From assembly GCA_033809435.1 (NCBI GenBank), contig JAPXLS010000001.1, positions 1-42,382 on the forward strand: DNA of 42,382 nucleotides, in the 5' to 3' direction. This document shows positions 17,913 through 27,627 of this stretch, one piece after another (positions within the stretch are counted from its first letter, which is position 1; every line of letters begins with the position of its first letter). Position numbers and translations under genes: made by a program. The notes under the pieces were generated by a model. The model ran no database searches. It worked only from the letters and a program-made list of their open reading frames with translations, and was not told the origin of the DNA. Source of the stretch: Bacillota bacterium. GTDB taxonomy: Bacteria > Bacillota > Dethiobacteria > DTU022.

Positions 17913-18814
17913 CGCCTCCTTAATTTCGGATTCAGCACTTCATCCAGGGCATAACCCACAAAGGTGAATCCCAGCACTACCAGCACCACGCAGACACCGG
18001 GCGGTATGAGCCACCACCAGGCCCCGAATGAAACTGCTCCCATGTCAAAGGCGAAATGAAGCATCATCCCCCAGCTGAGCCGGGTGGGATCGCCCATGCC
18101 CAGGAAGCTGAGGGTCGTCTCCGACAGAATGGCCACCGCCGCCACCAGGATGGTATTGGCGAAAATGAGCGGAAAGACATTGGGCAGGATATGATGCACC
18201 ATGATGTGCGCATCTCCGGAGCCGATGGCCCGGGCCCGCTCCACGTAGGGCCTCTCCTTGATGCTCAGCGTCTGGGAGCGGATGATCCGGGCCGTCCCCG
18301 CCCAGCTGGTGATGCCGATGACAAAGATGATGTTCCCCAGGCTGGGCCCCAGGAGGGCGGCCATGACCAGCATCAGGGGCAGCCAGGGTATGACGAGAAA
18401 GATATCGGTAAAACGCATGAGCAGCGTATCCACGTTTTTGCCGTAGTAGCCGGCGGCTATCCCGATGATGGCGCCGATGACCATGGAGATGACCGTTGCG
18501 GCCAGGCCGACAAGAAGCGAAATCCGCGAGCCTATGACCACCCCGGCAAAGACATCCTTGCCCAGGTCGTCGGTGCCCAGCCAGTGCTCGGGCCCCGGCG
18601 GCAGCAGGACCTTTTCAATCCCTTCAATGGCGCTGGTGTAGGTGACGAAGTAAGGCCCGATCAGGGCCATAAGCGCAAAGAAGAGCAAAATGATCAGTCC
18701 CACAATACCCATGGCATTCTCGCGGTAGACCCCCCAGAAGGAGGCCAGGTTTTTCTTCATCAAGGCAAAGCGATCTTTTCTTTTTTTCGTCTGCAACGTA
18801 ACCAGCCCCTCCAT
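17909..18814 (-). CDS. Opp/Dpp-type ABC transporter permease (OppC-like)
   Basis: 301 aa. Multi-TM with the BPD_transp_1 EAA-like region (ARAIGSGDAHIMVHHILPN). The ATG overlaps the OppB-like stop (TGATG). Confidence 0.9.
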   Translation of the reverse strand: MEGLVTLQTKKRKDRFALMKKNLASFWGVYRENAMGIVGLIILLFFALMALIGPYFVTYTSAIEGIEKVLLPPGPEHWLGTDDLGKDVFAGVVIGSRISLLVGLAATVISMVIGAIIGIAAGYYGKNVDTLLMRFTDIFLVIPWLPLMLVMAALLGPSLGNIIFVIGITSWAGTARIIRSQTLSIKERPYVERARAIGSGDAHIMVHHILPNVFPLIFANTILVAAVAILSETTLSFLGMGDPTRLSWGMMLHFAFDMGAVSFGAWWWLIPPGVCVVLVVLGFTFVGYALDEVLNPKLRRR

Positions 18815-19785
18815 CAGGATTTCACCCGGGGATCAAGGTAGCGGTAAAGTAGATCGGCGCACAGGTTGGCGCCGACGACACAGACCGTCACAAAGAGAAA
18901 GATCCCCTGCAAAAGAGGGTAGTCGCGGCCCATCAGCGCCGTGTACATCAATCGACCCAGTCCGGGCCAGGAAAAGACCGTCTCGATCTGGATCGCTCCG
19001 CCCACAATGAAGCCCAGGTTCATCGCAATGAGGGTGACCATGGGCAGCATGGCATTGGGCAGGGCATGCCGCCGCAGCAGGTTCCGGTTGGTGACCCCCT
19101 TGGCCCTGGCCGTGAGCATGTAATCCTCGCTCATCACTTCCAGCAGGGAGTTGCGCATGATCAGAACATATTCTCCAATAAGGATCACTCCAAAGGTAAC
19201 TGTGGGCAAAAACATGTGTTTTAACAGATCGCCCAACTGACCCCAAATGGAAGCAAATTGAACGCCGGGGACTCCCATACCGCAAATGGGGAAAATGCCC
19301 AGGTAAACCGCAAAGAGCATCACCATGAGAATGCCGACCCAGAAAGAGGGCATGGAGTAGAGCACGAGGGACAGGGAAAGCCCTGCTATGTCCAGCTTGC
19401 TGCCCCTTTTCCAGGCGAAGACCACCCCCAGAACAACACCAATGACAATGGAGATCAGGGTTGCCGTGCCAGTGAGAAGCAATGTGGGAGGAAGCTTTTC
19501 CATGATCACATCAAGAACAGGTTTGCGGTAAACAAAAGAGTGCCCCAGGTTACCCATGCACAGGTCGCGCAGGTAATAGCCGAATTGGATAATTTTGGGC
19601 TTGTGCAAACCAAACTGCTCTGAAATTCGTTGCAGCGCCGCCGCCGAGATCCTGGGATTGCGGATGAGTATCCGCACGGGATCCCCGGGCATGATCCTGA
19701 AGAGAAAGAAGTTCAGGATCAGCACAACAAAAGTTGTTAGAAATGTTTGCCCCAACTTGCGCAGGACATATCCCCGCGTTTTCAA
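18814..19785 (-). CDS. Opp/Dpp-type ABC transporter permease (OppB-like)
   Basis: 323 aa. The N-terminus MKTRGYVLRKLGQTFLT..PGDPV is typical of OppB/DppB. EAA-like ARAKGVTNRNLLRRHALPNA. TTG start with a GGAGGTG SD and 8-nt spacer. Confidence 0.9.
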   Translation of the reverse strand: MKTRGYVLRKLGQTFLTTFVVLILNFFLFRIMPGDPVRILIRNPRISAAALQRISEQFGLHKPKIIQFGYYLRDLCMGNLGHSFVYRKPVLDVIMEKLPPTLLLTGTATLISIVIGVVLGVVFAWKRGSKLDIAGLSLSLVLYSMPSFWVGILMVMLFAVYLGIFPICGMGVPGVQFASIWGQLGDLLKHMFLPTVTFGVILIGEYVLIMRNSLLEVMSEDYMLTARAKGVTNRNLLRRHALPNAMLPMVTLIAMNLGFIVGGAIQIETVFSWPGLGRLMYTALMGRDYPLLQGIFLFVTVCVVGANLCADLLYRYLDPRVKS

Positions 19786-19818
19786 GTTGATTGCACCTCC
19801 ATCCGGTCCCTATTCAGG

Positions 19819-19851
19819 GCGGGGGCCCGGCCTCTCCGGACAGGCCCCCGC
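19819..19851 (-). other. strong GC-rich stem-loop between the binding-protein and permease genes (no U-tract)
   Basis: A 9-bp outer stem GCGGGGGCC/GGCCCCCGC plus a 3-bp inner stem. It lies 34 nt downstream of the SBP stop. Confidence 0.5.
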
Positions 19852-19884
19852 GCAAAGGACGCTATTTAGCGTTTAAGCTGACAG

Positions 19885-21519
19885 TTAGTTGACCGGTTCC
19901 AGTTTTTCGTAAGTTTCAACAGTGTTCGTAAAGACCACCGGACCGCCGGCCGGATTCTGGATCCAACCCTTGAAGCGGTCAGTGCGGTAGGCCTGCAGCT
20001 CGGGATCGTACGAGATGATGATGTAGGGGGCATCCTCGTATACCATCCGCTGCAATTCAAAGATGAGCTCCTGCCTTTCTTTATGATCCAGGGTAACCTG
20101 CTGCTTCTTGATCAGTTCGTCATATTCCGGGTTGGAATAGAAACAGTCGTTCCAGGACATGATCTCATCGGTGGTCATGATCTTCAGGATGGAAGAGGGG
20201 TCCACATCCACGAACCAGCCCCAGAGGAAGAGATCAAAATCACCTTCCATAATCTTGTCGGTGAGCATGCCCTCATCAATGCTCTCAACGTTGAGATCAA
20301 TGCCCGCATCCATGAACCATTCTTTCATCAGCTTGGCTGCTTTCTGGCCGTCAGGTGACTCCCCGCGAACAAGCAAGTTGAAGGAAAGTGGGCTGCCGTC
20401 GGCGCTCACCCTTATACCATCGGCCCCAGTTTTGTATCCCGCCTTCTCAAGAATCTGCTTCGACTTTTCAATGTCAAAACCACGGAACTCATTGGCACCA
20501 AGCTCCAGGTGCCAAAAGTCATAGATGGGAGGGCAAAGGGTTGAGCCGACTTCACCGTAACCAAAGTAGGCCATTTCAATTATTTTTTCCCGGTCAATGG
20601 CATGCTCCATGGCTGCACGGATCTTCTGATCAAGGAGCAGCGGATTGCCCTTGGATTCCGGATCATCCCAGACATTGATGGCCATCTGGTTGAAGGAGGG
20701 AGTCATGGCGTCGTGCAGGACAATCCCCTCGGGGGCCTCATCCTGCAGGGCCTTGAACTGGGCGCCCGGGCAGGAGGTGATCACGTCGATATCGCCGCGC
20801 TTGAACGCCTCAACCATGAGATCCGCATTGGCAAAAGTCTGAAAGATTACCTCGTCAATTTTGGGGGCTCCCTTGAAATAATCCTTGTTAACGGCCATCC
20901 TGGTATATTCCCCGGTGACATGCTCGACGACCTGGAAGGGGCCGGTGCCGATGGGTTCTGAATTTTCATAATCGCTGTCTGCCTCTTCGGGATCAACGTT
21001 TTCCCAAATATGCTTCGGTAGAATGGGAACCAGGATGTTCGGCATCCAGGCAACAGGTTCATCAAAGCTAAGCGTCAGGGTATGCTCATCCAGGGCCTGG
21101 ATGTCTTTCATCTCTGCAACATAATCAATAAGGTAACCCATTTCATTGTCGCGAATGTACTCAAAGGTGAACTTGACATCCTCGGCGGTAAAGGGCTCGC
21201 CGTCCTGCCATTTGACCCCTTCATGGAGCTTGAAGGTCCAGGTCAGGCCGTCATCGGTAACCTCCCATTCATCGGCAAGATCGGGAACGGGGTCCATATT
21301 CTCATCCCAGCTGATCAGCTTGTTGTAATTGAGGTTCATCACCTCGTAAGCCTGATAGGACCAGACGGTCATGGGATTCAGTCCCTCTATTTCTCTCAAG
21401 AACCCTATCCGCAAAACATGCCCGGCCGTTTCGGGCTCACTGCATCCAACCAGGCCGGCCAGAAGAGCCAGTGCCATTACCGAAGCCAGTACGATCAACA
21501 AGCGGGTCCGTCTAACCAT
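19885..21519 (-). CDS. ABC transporter substrate-binding lipoprotein, family 5 (peptide/nickel/opine type), copy 1
   Basis: 544 aa. Signal peptide with lipobox LAGLVGC. SBP_bac_5-like core (..ADEWEVTDDGLTWTFKLHEGVKWQDGEPFTAEDVKFT..). AAGGAGGA RBS. Confidence 0.9.
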   Translation of the reverse strand: MVRRTRLLIVLASVMALALLAGLVGCSEPETAGHVLRIGFLREIEGLNPMTVWSYQAYEVMNLNYNKLISWDENMDPVPDLADEWEVTDDGLTWTFKLHEGVKWQDGEPFTAEDVKFTFEYIRDNEMGYLIDYVAEMKDIQALDEHTLTLSFDEPVAWMPNILVPILPKHIWENVDPEEADSDYENSEPIGTGPFQVVEHVTGEYTRMAVNKDYFKGAPKIDEVIFQTFANADLMVEAFKRGDIDVITSCPGAQFKALQDEAPEGIVLHDAMTPSFNQMAINVWDDPESKGNPLLLDQKIRAAMEHAIDREKIIEMAYFGYGEVGSTLCPPIYDFWHLELGANEFRGFDIEKSKQILEKAGYKTGADGIRVSADGSPLSFNLLVRGESPDGQKAAKLMKEWFMDAGIDLNVESIDEGMLTDKIMEGDFDLFLWGWFVDVDPSSILKIMTTDEIMSWNDCFYSNPEYDELIKKQQVTLDHKERQELIFELQRMVYEDAPYIIISYDPELQAYRTDRFKGWIQNPAGGPVVFTNTVETYEKLEPVN

Positions 21520-21660
21520 AACTTGTCCATCCTCCTTGGTTAATTGTTGGTTCCCCTTCTTGACTGGTCACGTTATCATATGTCCGGCCATCTCAAATGT
21601 ATCAGCGGTTGAAAGACCCCCCCTCGCATTATGAAGCAGTTATCTGTATATGAAAATCTC

Positions 21661-23094
21661 TTAAAGGCTGCCCCGTTCCTGTATGGCCCGGTCCAGGATC
21701 AGATCCAGCTCGCGGCAAAGTTTGTCCTCCAGGTAAACACCCGGATGGGCCGCAGCCAGTTCATCCACTTTTTGGCGGGCCTCCTCCCGGATATCAGCGC
21801 TGCCCCGGGATCTCCATTCCTCGAAGGGCAGCGCATTGCCCAGCTTGCCCTGCCAGAGTTCGCCCTTGCGCATGAAGTCACGGGTATGCTCCTGGGCCAG
21901 GAAGCTGCCTCCCTCCATGACGGATCTGATCACTTCTAATCCGATGATCTCTTTGTTTACAACAAGATCCCCGCCCAGGCGGTGCATGAGCATGCCGTAG
22001 ATCTCGTTGTCTATCAGCATCTCCTCGGCGCTGGCCAGAAGGCCGCCGTTTAAAAGCCCGAAACCGGAGACCATGGTGGCCCGGGCCATGACCGGCGGCA
22101 GGCAGTTGATCGCCCTTTCGTAGCCCGACTGGATATCGGGCAGCGAGGCGCCGGTATCCATGCCGTACACACCGGAGGGTAACCCGTAGTGGCGGGCAAT
22201 TTGCGCCACGCAGGCGCCGGAGAGCCCCAGATCCGGATCCTTGCCGCCGACAAAGCCGGTCCGCATGTTGGCCGCAGCCAGGCGGCAGGTATAGACCAGG
22301 GGACAGTCCCTGTTCACCAGACGGGCCAGGGTCAGGAAAGCAAGCTGCTCCGCATTTTGCTGAACCAGACCGCCGATAAGCGTCAGTGGCGCCGTCAGGC
22401 CTCTGGTGGGGCAGGGCAGCATGGTCAGCGGAAGGCCCAGCCCGGCGCATTCAACAATGGCTGAGGCAATGTCCGCAGGAAAGTTGAGCGGGCTGAGTGG
22501 GGAGATGGAGATGGTGCCCATGGGCTTGCTTTTGAGTCTCTCCATGCCGCCCCTGATGGCGGCGGCCACCTCGATCAGACAGCGGGTCTCCCAGGGATCG
22601 GAGGCGGTGCCGATATCAACGGGCTTCCGCGTATATTTCATGGTATGGACGGCCATGCCGATGTTGGCAACCTCTTCGGGCAGATCCGTGGCCCGCAGGG
22701 TGGGAACGACCAGATCAAGGTAGGGCAGGCTGTCGCTGAGCATGGCATAGAGCTCCATATCCTTGACCTTTGCCTCCCTGACCTCGCCTGTCTCATGATC
22801 CAGCAGAACCGAAACGGAGCCAAAGTTGTGCGAATAGGAGCGCTCTGCCCCGGTCAGGGGTAAAACAATGGATTCGTCGATACCGTACAGAGTCAGGGGA
22901 GCGGGGTCCTGCAGGGCTTTTTCAACGATCTCGGGGGGAAAACAGATGCGCCCTTTCCGCTCGGAGCATCCGGCGCCGAGCAGGATTTCACGGGCGGATT
23001 CTCCTTCGAATATGACACCAATCTGTTCCAGAATCTCAAGGGTTGCCTCATGCATTGCTTCCAGATCTTTCTTGGAAAGCGGTTCAAAGATCAA
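21661..23094 (-). CDS. MttB-superfamily (trimethylamine methyltransferase family) methyltransferase, non-pyrrolysine, copy 1
   Basis: 477 aa, uninterrupted (no in-frame TAG). MttB-family signature along the full length (..KPMGTISISPLSPLNFP.., ..GFGLLNGGLLAS..). TTG start with a GGAGG SD and 7-nt spacer. Confidence 0.85.
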   Translation of the reverse strand: MIFEPLSKKDLEAMHEATLEILEQIGVIFEGESAREILLGAGCSERKGRICFPPEIVEKALQDPAPLTLYGIDESIVLPLTGAERSYSHNFGSVSVLLDHETGEVREAKVKDMELYAMLSDSLPYLDLVVPTLRATDLPEEVANIGMAVHTMKYTRKPVDIGTASDPWETRCLIEVAAAIRGGMERLKSKPMGTISISPLSPLNFPADIASAIVECAGLGLPLTMLPCPTRGLTAPLTLIGGLVQQNAEQLAFLTLARLVNRDCPLVYTCRLAAANMRTGFVGGKDPDLGLSGACVAQIARHYGLPSGVYGMDTGASLPDIQSGYERAINCLPPVMARATMVSGFGLLNGGLLASAEEMLIDNEIYGMLMHRLGGDLVVNKEIIGLEVIRSVMEGGSFLAQEHTRDFMRKGELWQGKLGNALPFEEWRSRGSADIREEARQKVDELAAAHPGVYLEDKLCRELDLILDRAIQERGSL

Positions 23095-23250
23095 TGTTTT
23101 ACCTCCTCTGCAACTGTCATTCGCCCCTTATCCCGCTATGCCGCCTGCGTCCCGGGATTCCGGGACCGGCAAAGCGGGGTGTGTTCCACCGCATCGAAAA
23201 AGCAATTTTGCCGGCCCTTCAGGATCGGGAAAACAGGTAAGCGCCGGAAC

Positions 23251-23901
23251 CTAGGCCAGCCCCAGCATCCCCTTCACAATCTTTACGCCGGAGATGGCGT
23301 CGGGCGCATATCCGTCGGCGCCGACCTTGACGGCCCACTCCTCGGAAAGGGGCGCGCCGCCCACGATCACCTTGACCCGCCCGCGTAAATCCTTTTCCTG
23401 CAGAAGATCGATCACTTTTTTCTGCTCCTGGATGGTGGTGGTCATCAGCGCGGAAATGCCCAGCACGGCGGCTTCCCTTTCCTTGACGGCATCCACAAAT
23501 GCTGCGGCCGGGACATCCACGCCCAGATCGGTTATTTCAAAACCTGCAGATTTCATCATCATGATCACGATATCTTTTCCGATGGAGTGAAGGTCCCCCT
23601 TGACGGTGCCGATCACCATGCGCACAGGCTTGACTCCGCCCTCCCGCTCCTCTTTTTTGATCAGCGGCTCAAGGTAGTCTATGGCTCCGTTCATCGCTTC
23701 GGCTGCCAGCATCATGTCGGGCAGGAAGTACTCGCCCTCCTCGAACTTGTCGCCAACAACATAAAGGCCCGCGGTTAAACCTTCGCTTATGATCAGGGAA
23801 GGTTCGACGCCGGCTTTGTATGCTTCCTCCACGCTCCGCAAAGTCTCCTCTTTTTTGCCTTCGATCACTGCTTCTTTGACCTGCACGAGATATTTATCCA
23901 T
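23251..23901 (-). CDS. corrinoid (cobalamin-binding) methyl-carrier protein, MtgC/MttC-like
   Basis: 217 aa from the ATG at 23901 (GGAGGG SD). B12-binding motif GDLHSIGKDIV (DxHxxG). N-terminal B12-binding_2 helical cap. The ORF extension to 23985 is unlikely to be translated. Confidence 0.9.
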   Translation of the reverse strand: MDKYLVQVKEAVIEGKKEETLRSVEEAYKAGVEPSLIISEGLTAGLYVVGDKFEEGEYFLPDMMLAAEAMNGAIDYLEPLIKKEEREGGVKPVRMVIGTVKGDLHSIGKDIVIMMMKSAGFEITDLGVDVPAAAFVDAVKEREAAVLGISALMTTTIQEQKKVIDLLQEKDLRGRVKVIVGGAPLSEEWAVKVGADGYAPDAISGVKIVKGMLGLA

Positions 23902-24232
23902 CACTATCCCTCCCCAAATTAGGTGCTGAAACCGCAACAACAAATATTTCTGTAAAAAGCCCTTTCCAAAAGAGCAGCTTTGCAATCATATTCTTTCGGG
24001 CTACGGCCCTGTTCCCCGGGAACAGGCGGCGGCCGATATTAACAGAGTGAAACTCTTTTTATCTCCCCCGCTCGATTATATATTTTTACACTGCGCTCCG
24101 CCATAGCTGTTTTGCGAAGGTCCCCGACAGGTTATATTTTAAACCAGTTCTGCACAATATGCCATGGCAACTCTTGCTCTGAAAAGGGGCCGGGGCGGAG
24201 GCAGGTATAGACAGGGGTATGCGCCGGCGACC

Positions 24233-24263
24233 CCCGGAGACCCGGTGCTGCCGGGGCTCCGGG
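24233..24263 (-). other. GC-rich stem-loop downstream of binding-protein gene copy 2 (no U-tract)
   Basis: CCCGGAGaCCCGG-TGCTG-CCGGGgCTCCGGG on the plus strand: 12 bp with one mismatch and a 5-nt loop. It starts 42 nt past the SBP stop. Confidence 0.45.
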
Positions 24264-24304
24264 AGCGCGGCCGCCTTCATGGGACCGCTGCCGCCGCCGC
24301 GGTC

Positions 24305-25945
24305 TTATTTGTCTTTCACCTTCAACTGCTCGTAACTGGCAACGGTCAGCGTATGCACAACGGGACCATTGCCCGCGGGCGTCTGCACCCAGCCGGTAAA
24401 GCGATCCGTGCGATAAGCCTGCAGCGACGGCCTGATGTAGAGGACAATGTAGGGAGCATCCTCGTAGATCATTCTCTGCATCTCGTAGATTATAGCCTGT
24501 CTCTCCTCGCGATCAAGCGCCTGCTGCTGTTTCAGGTAGAGTTCGTCATAGTCCGGGTTGGAGTAGAATGAATCGTTCCAGGACATGATCTCGCCGGTGG
24601 TCATGATCTTCAGGATGGAGGCGGGATCATATTCCACGTACCAGCCCCAGATATAGAGATCCCAGTCCGACTCGTAGATCCGGTCATTGAGCGTGCCCTC
24701 GTCCATGACCTGGATTTCAAGATCCACCCCGATCTCCCGGAACCACTCTTTCATCAGCTTGGCGGTCTTCTGATCATCGGGAGCCGATGAGCGAACCATG
24801 ACGCCAAAGGACAGCTTTTCTCCCTCCGGGCTGAGCCTGATACCGTCGCTCCCCATGCTGTAGCCGGCTTCATCAAGCAGAGCCCTGGCCCTATCCGGAT
24901 CGAAGGAGCGCAGCTCATCATCATCCAGAACTAGCTGCCAGTACGAGTACGTGGGGGTAACCAGCGTTGAACCGGGCTCGCCATATCCGAACAGCGCCAT
25001 TTCTATGATGCGCTCCCGGTCGATGGCCAGCTCAAGGGCCTGACGGATGCGGCGATCCTTGAGCAGCGGATTGCCCTGCGAGGCGGGATCCTGCCACACA
25101 TTGACGGCCAGCTGGCTGAAGCCGGGCGACATTGCGGGCAACGTGCAGATGTCTTCGGGATTTTCCTCTTCCAGGGCCTTGAACTGGGCGCCCGGGACAG
25201 CTGTTATTACATCCAGCTCGTCGCGCTTTAGCGCCTCCACCATCAGGTCGGCGTTGGCATAATTGCGGAAGATGATCTCATCAATCTCCGGCGCGCCCTT
25301 GAAGTAATCCTTGTTGGCAATGAGGCGGGTATACTCCCCGGTGACATGCTCCACCACCTGGAAGGCGCCGGTGCCCACGGGCTCCAGGTTCTGGAAATCA
25401 GAGGAGGCTTCCGCCGGATCTATCTCCCCCCAGATGTGCCGGGGCAGAATGGGACAATAGATCTGGGGCATCCAGGCTACCGGTTCATCAAGTGTTATGC
25501 CTATTGTATACTCATCAACGATTTCTATTTCCTTCATGTCCTTTACCGAATCATAGAAGTAACCCAGCTGGTTATCGCGGACATATTCAAAGGTAAATTT
25601 AACGTCATCAGCTGTAAAGGGTTCTCCATCCTGCCACTTAACTCCTTCTTCAAGATAGAAGGTCCAGTGCAGCCCGTCATCATCCATTTTCCACTCCCTG
25701 GCCAGGCTGCCAATGGGCTCGATATTCTCGTCCCAGGTGATGAGCATATTGTAGTTTAGCTTCATGATCTCGTAAGCCGGCACGGACCAGATCAGAAGGG
25801 GGTTAATCCCCTCAACCTCCCCCGACAGACCCACCCTCAACACATTTTTCTCGCCGCCTTCCGGCGTACATCCAACCAGGCCGGCCGAAAGGCTCAGTAC
25901 CGCCAGCAGAACCAGCAGCGGGAACAAGTATTTTTTTCTATTCAC
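24305..25945 (-). CDS. ABC transporter substrate-binding lipoprotein, family 5 (peptide/nickel/opine type), copy 2
   Basis: 546 aa. GTG start with an AAGGAGA SD. Lipobox SAGLVGC. Alignable with copy 1 along the whole length. Confidence 0.9.
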   Translation of the reverse strand: MNRKKYLFPLLVLLAVLSLSAGLVGCTPEGGEKNVLRVGLSGEVEGINPLLIWSVPAYEIMKLNYNMLITWDENIEPIGSLAREWKMDDDGLHWTFYLEEGVKWQDGEPFTADDVKFTFEYVRDNQLGYFYDSVKDMKEIEIVDEYTIGITLDEPVAWMPQIYCPILPRHIWGEIDPAEASSDFQNLEPVGTGAFQVVEHVTGEYTRLIANKDYFKGAPEIDEIIFRNYANADLMVEALKRDELDVITAVPGAQFKALEEENPEDICTLPAMSPGFSQLAVNVWQDPASQGNPLLKDRRIRQALELAIDRERIIEMALFGYGEPGSTLVTPTYSYWQLVLDDDELRSFDPDRARALLDEAGYSMGSDGIRLSPEGEKLSFGVMVRSSAPDDQKTAKLMKEWFREIGVDLEIQVMDEGTLNDRIYESDWDLYIWGWYVEYDPASILKIMTTGEIMSWNDSFYSNPDYDELYLKQQQALDREERQAIIYEMQRMIYEDAPYIVLYIRPSLQAYRTDRFTGWVQTPAGNGPVVHTLTVASYEQLKVKDK

Positions 25946-26085
25946 TTTACTGTCTCCTTAGCTGTCATTTTGTAGCTCTTTCTCTGTTTGCATCATCAAC
26001 AGGCGGCTGCGCGCCGTTAACAATCGATCTGCAAAGCTACCGGGCCCCCCCCTCAATGAATGTCATCTCCCTCTCTTATCGGCGC

Positions 26086-27519
26086 CTAACCTGCGCTCTC
26101 CGCCTTCAGCTTCTCCAGGTAGAGATCGAGTTCACGGCAGAGTTCCTCCTCCAGGTACGGCCCGGGATAGGCTTTTACAATTTTCCTGATTTTCTCCCTG
26201 GCCGCCTCCCTGATGTTGGGGCATCCCTGGCCATACCAGTCGCCAAAGGGAAGCACATTGCCCAGCTCACCCCGCCAGAGCTCGCCCTTGCGCATAAACT
26301 CGCGGGTATGCTCCTGGGCCAGGAAGCTACCGCCCTCCATGACCGACCTGATCACGCTGACCCCGATGGTCTCCTCATTGACCTCCGTCTCACCGCAGCG
26401 GTGCGTGATCATCCCGTATATTTCATTATCTATCACCAGCTGCTCGGTGCTGGAGAGCGTGCCGCCGTTCAGCAGGCCAAAGCCCGATATGAGCGTGGCC
26501 CGGGCCAGGACAGGCAAAAGGCAGTTCAACGCCCTCTCGTAACCCGATTGAATGTCCGGCAGGACCGCCCCCGTATCCAGGCCGTAAACTGCAGAGGGCA
26601 GATTGTAGTAGCGGGCTACCTGGGCCGCACAGGCGCCGGAATAGCCGCGCACCAGGTTGCTGCCGGAGACAAAACCGGTCCGCATATCGGCGGCGCAGAG
26701 CCTGCTGGCGTAAACAAGGGGGCAGTCCCTGTTCACCAGGCGGGCCAGGGTCAAGAATGCCAGCTGCTCCGCGTTCTGCTGCACAAAACCGCCCACCAGG
26801 GTTACCGGCGCGGTGAGACCGCTGATGGGGCAGGGCAGCATGGTTATGGGCAGGCCCGTTTCGGCCACCTCGATAATTGTATCGCTGATATCCTCGGGAA
26901 AATGCAGCGGGCTCAGCGTGCTGATGGAGATGGTGCCCATGGGTTTGCGCTTGAGCCTGTCCATGCCGCCGCGAACCATGGCGGCAATTTCGATGAGCTT
27001 GCGCGCCTCCCAGGGCGTCGAAGCCAGTCCCATATCCACCGGCTTACGCGTATTGCGCATGGAGTAGATCGACGCCGCCAGGGAGGTGATCGTTTCGGGT
27101 AAATCGGTGGGCCAGATGCTGGGGACAATCTTGTCCAGGTAGGGCAGGTTGTCGCTGACCCAAACATATTCCTCCAGATCGCGGACATTGGCCTCCCTCA
27201 CCTGCCCGCTCTCCGGGTCCAGCAGCACAAAAACGGTGCCAAAATTGTGGGAATATGAGCGCCGGGCCTCGGTCACGGGGTAGACCAGCGACTCATCCAT
27301 GCCGTACACCGTCAGCGGAGCCGGCTCCTTCAAGGCCTCCTCTATCAGCACCTGGGGAAAACAGATCCGCCCCTCCTTCACCTTGCAGCCGGCGCCGAGC
27401 AGGATTTCCCGGGCCCTGTCCCCCTGAAGTTTGATGCCTATGCCGGACAGAATGTCGAGCGACTTTTCATGAATCATCTCCAGATCCTTTTTGGAAAACG
27501 GTTCAAAAGCCAACTTCAT
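26086..27519 (-). CDS. MttB-superfamily methyltransferase, non-pyrrolysine, copy 2
   Basis: 477 aa from the ATG at 27519 (GAAGGAGG SD). The track ORF extends to 27627 without support. About 65% identical to copy 1 over the first ~113 residues aligned by eye. No in-frame TAG. Confidence 0.85.
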   Translation of the reverse strand: MKLAFEPFSKKDLEMIHEKSLDILSGIGIKLQGDRAREILLGAGCKVKEGRICFPQVLIEEALKEPAPLTVYGMDESLVYPVTEARRSYSHNFGTVFVLLDPESGQVREANVRDLEEYVWVSDNLPYLDKIVPSIWPTDLPETITSLAASIYSMRNTRKPVDMGLASTPWEARKLIEIAAMVRGGMDRLKRKPMGTISISTLSPLHFPEDISDTIIEVAETGLPITMLPCPISGLTAPVTLVGGFVQQNAEQLAFLTLARLVNRDCPLVYASRLCAADMRTGFVSGSNLVRGYSGACAAQVARYYNLPSAVYGLDTGAVLPDIQSGYERALNCLLPVLARATLISGFGLLNGGTLSSTEQLVIDNEIYGMITHRCGETEVNEETIGVSVIRSVMEGGSFLAQEHTREFMRKGELWRGELGNVLPFGDWYGQGCPNIREAAREKIRKIVKAYPGPYLEEELCRELDLYLEKLKAESAG

Positions 27520-27627
27520 GATGCCTCCTTCTTCGTACTGGCTGCGGCGCGGGGGCCGGAACCTTGATTTTTTTGTCATCCCCGGCTGTGTGACCGCCTT
27601 TCCGTCACAGGCGCAGGGGGCGCGCAA

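Noticed and set aside
24151-24164. Second sigma-54-like element (minus strand TGGCATATTGTGCA) upstream of the corrinoid gene.
   Set aside because: The GG-to-GC spacing is 2 nt shorter than the invariant -24/-12 spacing, so it is unlikely to function.
23902-24304. Cobalamin riboswitch upstream of the corrinoid-protein gene.
   Set aside because: I could not find the B12-box or the conserved GGUG..AAUCC / GCCACUG elements on the minus strand. This was a by-eye search only.
21661-27519. Possibility that the MttB genes encode pyrrolysine (an in-frame UAG) or are split pseudogenes.
   Set aside because: Both ORFs are uninterrupted and full-length (477 aa each from the supported starts). They contain no in-frame TAG, and no pyl genes are in the window.
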